From positions 8,246,001 through 8,310,000 of the forward strand of contig NC_047063.1 of the NCBI RefSeq assembly GCF_902459465.1: DNA of 64,000 nucleotides, read 5' to 3'. Below are positions 1-11,293 of the stretch, one piece after another. The translations under genes were made by a program, and so were the position numbers. Every line of letters begins with the position of its first letter. Positions within the stretch are counted from its first letter, which is position 1. The stretch comes from Asterias rubens (lineage: Eukaryota). The notes below the pieces were generated by a model, which had not been told where the DNA came from, made no database searches, and was given only the letters and a program-made list of their open reading frames with translations.

Positions 1-519
1 TTTCCATCCTATGTGTTCTCTTTCATTCTACCCTTTATATCACAAGGTCTTGTCTTTCCTGCACACTCATCCTACACTCCCCTCACGCATGTTGTACATC
101 ATCAGGGATACTCTGGGGTTTATCTTGCTCGTAGCTGCCATAAGTGCCGCATGGTTCCGACTTCTTCTAATCTAGAAGCATGGGATGGGATGGGAAACTT
201 CTTCGTAATGATCTTTTGATTGACGTGTTTAGGAATCTCCCTTTATTGCATGGGTTCTGGGATGGAGGCAGTTCACATTCAGTATAGGGAAGGACTGCAC
301 AATCTTTGCTGGGTTGTTTTTTAATTGCATGTATTGGAAAGTTACAATAAGCAAAATCAATTCTATTTAAAGTATGAAATTAATTTTACCTTTCACCTTA
401 TTTTGATGATCAAGACCATTTTGTTGCTAACAGTCAGTAAAGAACTGGTGATTATATGGAAGTGGGGATTTCCATGTATATGTTTAGCATGTTTAACAGG
501 TTAGCAGGGAATTTTTGAT

Positions 520-742
520 TGTGCAGAGCCATGAAATTGGGCCCTGTTCTAATTTCATGGCTCTGTAATTCTCTGAGTTCTGCGCTTGCAATCACCATTC
601 TTTGCATACAGGGTAAGCGCCGAGTACGCACAAGCGAAAAATTCCCTGCTGACCTGTGAAATACATGACTTTGCGTGGTATTGCCAGCTTCCTTATTGCC
701 AATTTTTTTGCTAATGGTAAGCAGAGCTAAAAATTGGGCCTA
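520..742. mobile_element. GGGCCCAATTTCAT-type Harbinger-like MITE (family with many copies in the window)
   Basis: CAGAGCCATGAAATTGGGCCC termini. Related copies lie near 10720-10910, 11748-11898, 13420-13602, 14282-14630, 20637-20836, 22528-22800, 55383-55450, 56703-56843, 57322-57540 and 61462-61655. Confidence 0.7.
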
Positions 743-2016
743 GAAGTCATTCAGCCATCATCTGTTTTGCTGGCTCAAGCTGGATTGCTTTTGCAAAAGA
801 AGAAGAAGGGGGGGGGGGGCTGTCTGATATCATTGATTTAACATCATGCTCCTCTCTTGCTGTCACAAATTTTGTAACATTCCAAGTAAAATTGTACATG
901 CAATCCATAAAATGAAGGAAAAACCTTTTAACGCATTGATCAACTCTTTCGCAAACTTGCACCAAGATAAAACATGACCAGGTATCTTGTTACATCGATA
1001 AAATAAAACGTTCCCAGAGTATCGGTTACACTTCTTACCCATTCAAATGTTTGGCCAGTCCTTTCTTAATTTTGAACCAACTGTTTCTCTGTTACTTATT
1101 TGGATCGAATACACATCAAGGGGAAAAACTTGCAAGTACGTGTAACAACTTTGTGTCTTTAAATTATTATAAATTCAATTTGATTTTTTCCTTTGCAAAC
1201 ATGCACCCTTGTATTTTTGTAAAAGAAGGTTTTATGCAGCCCTTTGTAATACAAGTGGTCTAAATTTAACAAAAATTCTATAAAAAAATATGATATATTT
1301 TCAGTTATCAAATATTGTTTTGTATTCTGAAGGTAACTGCCACTGCCACTTTGAAATTATTATTTAATAACAAAAATTGTACTACCGAGTGACAAATAAT
1401 TTTTTTACCAGACAAATATAATAATAAAGTAAAATAGGAATAAAGACAATCATGTATTCCTCACCCTCCGATTCAACCTTTCCCTTTTATTATTTCTTCC
1501 TCGCCCCCATGGCCATTTACACTTTATGATTGCCTTCCCCCTCGAAGAACTAAAAAACAAATCTTATCAAATTGAGTTTGCCATTCACTGCACCACCTTC
1601 AGCACAAAACACGAAAACCTCCAGGCTTTTAAGATTCATTTCCTAAATTTTGCAACTTCCACAACCTTCCTTAAGGGGGTGGAAGGAAGAAGCAGATTCA
1701 ACAAGACTCGATTTAAGAAACATCTCAAAGTGTTTGTCTCTAAAGATAAATCATTTCAAAGAATTTTTTCTTCTTTTTTTCTCATCGGATATTTAATTTC
1801 CCCTGTCTATATTTTTATGCAATATACAATATTAGCATTTCTGACTTGAGTTTGATGTTGTATCATGCATATATTTTGATTCACTAACCATCTGAGATGT
1901 ACGCATGTATTCTTGAAAACGTTATCTTGGACTTGACATAATCTCATTTTGTAGCAAAACTAATGAATGTCATGCATTTCAGAGCCAGTAAAATTGTCAG
2001 CATCATCTGTGCTATA

Positions 2017-2243
2017 AGCCTTTTTGAGGTATGGCGAACGTGATACGTGCGTCACACGCGGCGACTGATGCCACGCTCACCATGAACGTTGATGGTCAAT
2101 AGGTTTACATGTAAACGCCGCGTCGCCTAAAAAAATGCGCACTTCACTGAAAAACACACTTTCTATTTCTATGGTCAATACGCACAAATTTACCCAAACC
2201 TTATAGTGTTGTAGCATTGTGTCCGCCATATCTCCAAAAGGCT
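2017..2243. mobile_element. MITE family A (TA target, AGCCTTTT...AAAAGGCT TIRs)
   Basis: TIR ATAAGCCTTTTTGAGGTATGGCG / CGCCATATCTCCAAAAGGCTTAT. A homologous inverted copy lies at 26745-26966 and a fragment near 10285-10345. Confidence 0.85.
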
Positions 2244-2293
2244 TATGGGTTTGGATTCAGAGGATGGGATTTTGAAGGGGTTAAACAGACCCC

Positions 2294-2726
2294 AGCTTTG
2301 CTACCACGGGCACCGTGCCTTATCGATACCTTTTGTCACTAACCCCTAGAAGGGAACTGCTGCAAAACAATGCTGATTGGCTAACAACAAGTGACTGTGG
2401 GCATGCTTGTGAAACACTTCTTAGCGCTTGAAGTGCGCTTGTTATGGGCTTGTACTCATGCTCGTTGTACATGTAGGAATGCAAGTATTTTGACGAAATC
2501 CACTTCAAATGAATCATGTTTTTACATGGTTACCCTAAACCGCACACACACCATATCAAAGAAGAATGGGGACCAGTTGACAGCGCCCTCTGCATACGTC
2601 TCATACAGATTGGATCAACCACATATTTGAACATTTCAAAATCACACTTCCAGGGGTTAAGATCGAGCAGGGTATTCTGGAAACAAAGTAACATGGCGAG
2701 ACTGTATACCACTGGGAACAGGGTTG
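2294..2726 (-). mobile_element. Unclassified about 430-bp non-autonomous element with dissimilar ends (CAACCTCGTTCCCAG... / ...GGTAGCCAGGCT)
   Basis: Reverse complement aligns along its length with 50513-50923. A 5' fragment also occurs at 44816-44865. Confidence 0.7.
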
Positions 2727-4325
2727 AAACATACCCATGTCACTCTGTGGCCACCTTTCTTTGATGCCAAGTGTACTAACAACAAAAAAGTACTGCTGAT
2801 TCCTACACATTAACAGAGCCAGACTATGAGGAAGTTCGGGTGAGAGACTAGACTTGACCAGAACCATGGCGTAACTCTCAAATTGACCATAGTCACCATA
2901 CTTCAGTGCATGGTTTGATAAAGTCAATCTCCCTATACTGTATGGTTTCTGGTTAGTTTAGTCAAGCTAGTCACCTCCCGAGGTTGCTCAAAGAAGATGA
3001 TGATGTAATGCATGACATCATTAATATGCTAATTCACCTGCATGCATATTTATTGATCACTAATGTTGTTGTTTTATTGCACCATTTCCAGTCAATTCGT
3101 CATCACTCTTCACCAGCATTCACAGAGTTTTCAGATTACTCTAACAATATTTACTGATCTTGTAATTTCCATTTTTGTTTTGTTCAATGTTTAGTTGTTT
3201 GAGTTTCATAATATTTGTTTGTTGCTTAAAACATTTTGTCAATTGCCAGAAAATCAGTGTGATCAATGAATGGACTTCCAAATTTTATTTCATGTATATT
3301 TTTCTTTATGAAGAGATTTCTGAATTCACAATATTGGAATTTAAAAAAAAATATAGTTGCTAAACTGGGGTAATTTTTTTGAAAATCAATTGACAATATA
3401 AACATTTTATTTTGTGGGTTTGGAAAATAAAACATGACAGTCAATGGTTTGTTATCTACCCATTTTGCTATGAATATTTTGTTTTTCAGTTGCGTTTCTC
3501 GTTATGCTATTCTGTTTGCCATGCTATGTACTGTTAGGACAAACTTAATGATGTGAGAATGCAGCAGAGGTCATGTCAAGTTCAAGCTACTCAGTACTTA
3601 GATTGGCAGCTGTCTAAGTTGACCAGCCATCTATTTCCATGAAACTTTACGCAAATATGTGCAAGTTGTGAACCATTGACACAAGAAATCTTGCGCAAGT
3701 GGACTTACGTAGTTATGTAAAGTTTCGTGAAAACGGATGTCAATCCTTTCATGGACATGTTAATTAGTACACATTCCCCCTTCACTGAGTGAATGAACTG
3801 CTCAAAACAAATAAATGGGGGCAATGCAGGGAGCATTTAAAAGCATGCTTCGTTTCCATGGTGATGCTTCCTGGACGTCTTTCACCAATAGTTGCTTCGC
3901 ATTATAATTCCAGTCTCAAAGTACCCAAGAGATTTTCAAACTTCAGTTATGAAAAACAAAACGAATTACCAAAAAATAACAACTTCAGATACTGTGCATT
4001 ACCAGTGCCACTTTAAATTATATTAAATGCCCGAATCATGTACTAGAATTTACCTTTGACATGACCTCTGAACTCATCACAGCATGCTCTGTGTTTACTT
4101 GACATAACTGTCGTTACTATTTTTTTGTTGATTAAATACTTGTTTAGTTTTCCTCATTATGTATACTACTGTTTTATTCTTGCTCTTCGCTGTTTATTGG
4201 GGCATGTTTTTCTAAAAAAACTCTGTCGCCCATTACTCTTGGCTACCTCATCACAACTACCACCGTTATTTCTACGTACGCTGTGAAACTTGACCACCGC
4301 CACCATCTTCATGCATGTTGCTGTT

Positions 4326-5165
4326 CACTTTTCAGAATGCTGTAAGTATACAGAGGGGCTTCCCCCTCCACCTGTTCCCGATCCCTATTTCTCCTTAGAG
4401 ATACACCTCAAACCCAGTACCCACTGTTAGTGCCCTTGTGTGTCTCAAGATATACCTCAAACCCGGTACCCACTATCAGAATGCTGTAAGTATACACAGG
4501 GGCTTCCCTCTCCACCCAATCCCGTTTTCGCTCTGGGGGTGTTAAACACACCTCAAACCCAGTACCCACTATTAGTTCACTTGTGTGTCTAAAGATATAC
4601 CTCAAACCCGGTATCCACTTTCAGAATGCTGTAAGTATACACAGGGACTTCCCCCTCCACCCAATCCCGCTTTCGCCCTGGGGGTAATAAACACACCTCA
4701 AACCCAGTACCCACTATTAGTTCACTTGTGCGTCTCACTCTCAAGATAAACCTCAAACCAGTACCCACTCTTAGTCATTAGTGCCCTTGTGTGTCTCAAT
4801 ATATACCTCAAACCCGGTACCCACTTTCAGAATGCTGTAAGTATACACAGGGGGTTAGGGGCTTCCCCATCCACCCAACCCCGCTATCGCCATGGGGGTG
4901 TTAAGTTACACCTCACACCTAGTAACCACTATTAGTTCACTTGTGTGTCTCAAGATATATTTCAAACCAGTACCCACTATTAGTGCCCTCGTGTGTGTCA
5001 AACTCGGTACCCACTATGAGAATGCTGTAAGTATACAGAGGGGCTTCCCCTTCCACCCAATCCCTCTTTCTCAATAGGGGTGTCAGATACACCTCAAACC
5101 CAGTACCCACTATTACTATTAGTGTCCTCGTGGGTGTCAAGATACGGTACCTAGTACCCACTATT
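4326..5165 (+). repeat. Complex tandem satellite, about 5 units of 144-206 bp with about 45-bp sub-repeats
   Basis: The anchor (C/G)AGAATGCTGTAAGTATAC recurs at 4333, 4477, 4622, 4828 and 5018. The sub-repeat CCTCAAACCCAGTACCCACTATTAG has variable copy number. Confidence 0.9.
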
Positions 5166-7074
5166 TTTGTTCTTGTGGATGTCTCTGGAAGAATTGCCCT
5201 TCAGCAAATTTATTGACCCAGTTTGAGTTCTACTTTTTAAGAACTTCAAGTAGTTTCATCATAAATCCCTTGCATCTAGATCACTGTGTCTGCTTTTGTG
5301 TGACATAAGACTATCATCAGATTTGCAGTGTTGTTTAAGTGGTTCATGCCCATTCCAAGACATAGCTTGGAGCTGTTCATAGAACAATGAATATTTATTA
5401 TTGTTAAGTTCTTTGTATAATTTGGTTTGCAGTAACACAATGTGTATAAAATACTTGGTGGGTCGTCGGTAGATTATGTTCTTTTGAGAACTTGTCTTGC
5501 TTTATATTATACTACCGCTGAGTATACAAAAGCAAGGCAAGTTTCTCTAAAGAACCTAATCTACATTGTACCAAGCAAGTAGAATGTTGTTTATTATACC
5601 GCAAACCAAGTATACATTGATAACTTGCCATGCAATGCCTCAAGTACCATGTTCAGTTCTACTTTGCTAGTAGTAAGTTTTTGGTATACATCAGTCCATT
5701 GGAACATGAATAAGAAATTCTGATTTTAAAATTTTCACATTTAAGAAGCACATTTGTTTGTTAACTATTAACATATTTTTGTTGAATAATTCGCTGTTCA
5801 TTTTAATCATTTATTTGTTAATGCTCACCATGCGTTTTGTTTTCAATCACGAAACTGTTAAAATTACCACAACAAAATTTATTTAAAAAATTGTATTATT
5901 TAATTGACATAACTTTTCTCTGAAATGTTTCATATAATTTCTGTGTTTTCACTTTGTTTTCCTTAGAATCTAGAACAGTTCCTCTGGAAAGAAAAAGACT
6001 TTTGCAACAGCCTTGATTATAAAATTTCAACAACTGTGCAACTTAACTCCAATCTTTTTAAATTTGATAGACTCTTTATATGGTTAAAAGGTTGTGTTGA
6101 CCAATCTCAAACCAATTGATACATGAATCCAAAATAACTTCACCTTTTAAAAACTATTCAGCCAACAAAATGCACCAGGATGAATTTATAAGAGTCAAAG
6201 AGTAAAATGTACGGGCCTTGAACTCATTTTCCTCATAGAAGTGCCTCTTACTTGTACCAGAGGAAAATTAATGTGCCCTTTTGATAATAAAATTCAAGGA
6301 TTATATATAATCTTTGTTTAAAACCCCAAATCAACTAAATCCAATTTGTTTCGATGATGCATCTTTTTATGGATACAAATTAGAAATAGGTTTGTAGAAA
6401 TTGTAGAAGGTTGTGAATTCCTTTAGTGATTGACATTTTAATGAAACTCTTTACGCAAGAAAAGTGAGTGGGCTGAGACCTTTTAGACAAGATGTTTATA
6501 TCTGAACGTTGCTAAGGATAGGGCAGAGCTAGCTGTGTATTGAGAGAGTTGCGACATGGAAGGACCAGTTTTCTTTGGTCACGTGGTTGCTGGACGCCAT
6601 GTTGTCTCCAGATGCAGCACAACCCAATGGGCAGACTAGTGTGGCACCTTGTGTTCGCCCATGCAGTTCTTGGGGGAAAAAATGGCTTCTAACCGCAAGT
6701 TGTCATAACTCTCTCAATACATGTATATGGCTCTGGGATAGGGTGATGAATAGCGCCCTTGCAGCAATCTGCGCTTAGAAACCTCATACCCAGGGTTTGA
6801 CTGGTTCTCATTATTTACAAAGGTGGGGTTGAGGAATTCTGTTTCTTTTTTTGAAAGCAATTTACAAATTGCAATTATTTCTATTTTGAAAAAATTCATA
6901 GTGAGGCTTAAAAGTATGCTTTTGTTTAAGGTAAAAAAGTATGGAGACAAATATTTCTTGAATATCTATTTGATTCTTGTAAATGAACAAGTATTTGTCA
7001 TAGATCTCTTGTGATGAACATTTTGTTTTGATTTGATGTGACACTGATGAAACTTGACTCTTTACCTTTATTAG

Positions 7075-10000
7075 GATGACCCCACCAAAGAAAAAGAGAT
7101 TGCTACATACAGCAAGGGCCAGTACTTTGGAGGTAGGTTTTGTAGTAAAAATAATAACAAGTTCTTATATGCATTTTGTTGAGTCAAAAATTTGACTTCA
7201 TAAGATGGCATGCCATGTTCGTTTCAAGGAAAATCGTGCAATTCTTAGGCATATTTGTGTGGATCATTGTATTCTACTCTAAAAATATCTCTCTATCCAT
7301 GTGCATTTTATAACAAACAGTTTCAAGCTTTTGTCATAGACCAACTAGCCTGATCCAATGCCAACAGGTCCCTTTAAAGCCAAATGACACGAGTCCAATT
7401 AATAACAGAAATGAATGCTACTTCTGCGTTTGTTTCAGTATAAATCAAGAGTTTCCAGGAGTCTATTTTATCTTGTTACCTTGGGCTTTTCAAAAACTGT
7501 TTTTCATTTTCTTGTTGTCGAACAGAGCTAGCTTTGATCACAAACAACCCACGTGCTGCCTCAGTTTACTCTTGTGGCTCCGTCAGATGTGCCTGTAAGT
7601 ATTCAAGCATTGTCAAGGGTTCTATCAATTTGTACATATATCTGACAGATTATGTATCTTGTACTAGTATCTCTTTGTTAACCATCACATATGAATGTTG
7701 GAATGAACCTGCTCCCCCTTGCCTAACTGAACTTGGCACTCCTTACCAGCCCATAGGCCCACTCCGTTCCAGTTGTCGATTTCACAAAACTCTTTCTAAC
7801 TTAGGATTAATCTTATGACTTAGGACAAGTCCCAACCCTGCACTGTAGCATGCTGACCTTAAGATTAATCCTAAGTTAGGACGAGTTACTCGTCCTAACT
7901 CGAGATAAGACGAGTCCTTACTCTTTGCGAAATTGGCAGCAGCTCAGATACAAGGATTCTCACAAGACCTCAAACCAGATACTCTTCATCTTGCCAGAGG
8001 TTTTAATGCAGCTGCACAAACAAATAGGTCATGCTATTTCACTTACTGAATTCAAAACATCCTTTATAACTCACCCTTTCCAGACCTATTTCGTGAGAGG
8101 CTATTTATTTCATTTTCATACCCTCATATTGTTAAAAACAATTGCTTTTATATCATTGTTGTGAAGTGTTTTTGTACCTTTTCTGTGCAAAAACGCTTTA
8201 AAAATGCTTAGATTATAATTATATTTGTCCTTTGCGATATTTGTTTATCTTAATCTAATCCAAAACTTCATTTTTTAATAAATTGTATGATAGAATGTAC
8301 AGCATGTTCTGTCTTTTAAACCTTTTATGTAATGTGTTTCTTATTTTTCTACTTCTCTGTGATTACATTTACATTGCTGATTGTCATCATTAAGTGATGA
8401 CCAGGGGCCGATTTCACTAACGTCTATGTTTGCGATCATCGCTAACACACTTGCTATGAGATCGCAAACCTCAAATCCATCGCAATTGCGATGTCCCTAA
8501 TTCTGCGTTTCACTAAAGTCATCACAATTGCGATGAGGTTAAAAGGGAAATCAAGTTTTTGTACGAGGCTAAAAGTAGTGACCTTTGACATCCCGCAACA
8601 AAATCGTCGGTCGTCGCTCGTAATGAAATGGCATTGTGCAGTTTATATGTAAATCGTTGTCATGTTGGTGCACACGAACTATTGTGGACGATGTTTAGGC
8701 ATTTACAAAGGGTTAAAGCATTTATAGGCCTATGGCCTCTATTATAATTTTAGATTTTAATAAACAGTTTTCGTAAATCTGTTGTAACGGTGGGATAGAT
8801 GAAAATTCTGACATATATCTGTCTAATAATACTAAGCTTCACTCTGTCAATTTGCCAATACATTACACATTTTTTCTAAAAATGATGGTTAAAATAATCG
8901 AACCCATATAGTATCTCCTTTTTACCGATATTAAGGGGCTCTTTGCTGCAGTTGCGTCGCTGATAGTTGTCATCGGCAATCTGAGTCTACCAGGTAAAAG
9001 ACCGCAAGACTAAAATAATGTAGCGCCACTCATTTTACTCTAAATCACGGACAATTTATACGTCAAAACGTACACCGCTATAACTATAAGCATAGAATGG
9101 CGCAATGTATCATAAGTTTGCGATGAACTTTTACTTTGCGACCACTAACATCGCTAAATAAAACTTTGCGACGAGTATATTCACCGTTAAGTTTTAGTGA
9201 AATCGTTGGCTAAAAATCCATCGCTAAGTTGCGATGGATTTTAGATTTAGCGAGCGATTTCGGCGTTTGCGATGACCAAAGCGCATTAGTGAAATCGACC
9301 CCAGGATTGTAGATGGGAATGCGTTTAAAATATACTGTGACTTTTTAAAAGCAATATTTTCACAGAAATCAGGGAAAGTACTGAGTATACAGTGCTTAAT
9401 TCACATCGGTGTATGAGTAAAAGACATCATATTCTTTATCCCGATGCAAAAATAACATCTATTATGTTGTATTTTCATCTTTTGTTTTCTCCTTATACCA
9501 ATGTGTGTAAGCACTGTATGCTCAGTACTTCCCTGAGTTCTGTGAACAAAAGGCATTCAATCCCACCTGAGTAATAAACCTGTGGTATAAAGATGCACTT
9601 ATTTAACAAATCAACTGTGCATTTTTGTTTTGTTACCTAGTAGGCCTACATCTTGTATTAATTTGTATTTTGTTGTCTTTGTTTCTCTACAGCACATAGG
9701 GACATGTTTTAGCTCTTATTGAACAATTAATTAATGCATTTTTGTTTTGTTAACAAGTAGGTCTACATCTTGTATTTGTATTTTTTTTTTCTTCTTCTCT
9801 ACAGCGCATAGGGACATGTTTTAGCACTTATTTTTGAAACAATTAATTCATGCATTTTGTTGTTGTTACCTAGTAGGCCTACATCTTGTATTTGTATTTC
9901 TCTACAGCGCATAGGGACATGTTTGAACACTTTGTGTTATTCGTTAATTATTATATTAGACAGTGCTTACACAGGGGTCAAACCAAATTAATATTATTCT

Positions 10001-10510
10001 CACATGATATGTAATGGTTCAGTTTAGGTATTGGTTCAGTTGTAGATGTGAATATTATTTGAAATCATTAATCAAATTGAAATTTGTCAGTTTTTGTTTA
10101 GAGACATATTGTGGCTTGTAGTGTATTTTGTACTGTATTATGGTAAAACCAAACTTAATGTAGTTTTTGTAAGTTTGATATAAAGGTTGCGAATCGAGGA
10201 TAATAAATTGAAATTTTACTTTTTGAGACATGGTGGCCACTAAAGAAGTACACTGTGTGGCTTTGGTGTACATGTATACAGACATATTTACCTAAACCTT
10301 ACAGTGTTGTAGTAATGTCTCCCCCATATCTCAAAATGGCTTAATATTGAATTGAACTATCAATAAATCTTGTCTCTTTCCTTCCATAATCCAGTCCTAG
10401 ATGTGAATGCATTCGAGAGGTTGCTAGGTCCCTGTATGGACATCATGAAGAGGAACATCGGACACTACGAGGAGGAAGTAGAAAGAATGTTCGGCAAAGG
10501 ACCCAAATGA
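7075..10510 (+). CDS. PRKAR2: cAMP-dependent protein kinase type II regulatory subunit, 3' part (last 3 coding exons; CNB-B domain)
   Basis: Exons 7075-7132 ([19 protein letters not shown]), 7526-7594 ([23 protein letters not shown]) and 10395-10510 ([38 protein letters not shown]). All have AG/GT boundaries and consistent phase. GQYFGELAL..PRAAS is the phosphate-binding cassette; [16 protein letters not shown] is typical of RII. No upstream exon was found in 1-7074. Confidence 0.96.
7775..7935. mobile_element. Hairpin-rich MITE fragment
   Basis: Perfect 20-bp inverted repeat CTAACTTAGGATTAATCTTA / TAAGATTAATCCTAAGTTAG, plus the palindrome TAGGACGAGT-TACTCGTCCTA. Confidence 0.7.
8405..9301. 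mobile_element. About 900-bp non-autonomous PIF/Harbinger-like element with CAG target duplication
   Basis: TIR GGGCCGATTTCACTAA / TTAGTGAAATCGACCC, CAG on both flanks, and subterminal TTGCGA/TCGCAA arrays. Confidence 0.8.
9618..9930 (+). repeat. Triple tandem repeat, about 117-bp unit
   Basis: TGCATTTT..GTTACCTAGTAGGCCTACATCTTGTATT..TCTCTACAGCGCATAGGGACATGTT starts at about 9618, 9735 and 9851. Confidence 0.85.
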
Positions 10511-11066
10511 TGACGCTATTCTTTCCCCCTCCCCACCCCCTTCTCTCATAGAACAACTCCCCCCCCCCCTTCAAACACCTCCTCACAACACACCAACTGA
10601 CCAACTGCCTACACAGGGATTAAATGACACACTACATGCCCGAAGGTTATAACTGAAGCTACCACAAGCAACGGACAGCGAACCAAAATGGACTCATCAC
10701 TACATCTGGGTCTCAACTTCAACGGAGCTGCTTAAGGGAGCAGCAAGATATTGCTTAGAAACATTCTGCTAAGCAAAAATTAAGCAGGGTTGCCAGCCGC
10801 TAAGCGTATTTGGAATTCCTTTTTTGGCTGGTAAACTTACTCTGTATATCTGTTTTTATGCTTAGCTGCTACTTGTTGTGCTCAATCAACTCTACGAAAT
10901 TGGGCCCAGATAGTTTGGTAGACAATTTGCTTAGCGGCCTTAGGGCTTAACCTTCGGGAGTACATGTGTTAGGGGAAGGTACAGCATTTATAAATCAAGA
11001 GCTGAATGGGAAGAAACTCAGGGGACTGTCGTGTAACTTCCCTTAAGAATATTGATAACCAGGACC

Positions 11067-11293
11067 AATAGACCCTTCCCATGAAATATGTAAATTGCAC
11101 ATAGCGCGTGCGCACTAACATTTTGTTTGGCAAAAATAAGGAAACAATGTGCTGTTTTGTATATGGCTAATGGCTGCGTGACGCAGACGCGTTTGCGCGT
11201 CTGCATAGTGCACAACTTTATGACGTTTGCCACCCCAAAGGGTCTGTACGCATGCTTGAATGTAGTTAGCATATTTCATGGGAAGGGTCCATT
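11067..11293. mobile_element. AATAGACC-type MITE
   Basis: TIR AATAGACCCTTCCCATGAAATATG / CATATTTCATGGGAAGGGTCCATT. Confidence 0.8.

Noticed and set aside
4326-5165. CRISPR-like array
   Set aside because: Eukaryotic intron; the units are diverged duplicates with no unique spacers and no cas genes.
1-7074. Preceding PRKAR2 exon (..FYIVE.GEV..) and ORFs 747-965, 1526-1849 and 2601-2927
   Set aside because: No matching exon found (probably upstream of the window). The ORFs lack homology, coding-like composition or splice support.
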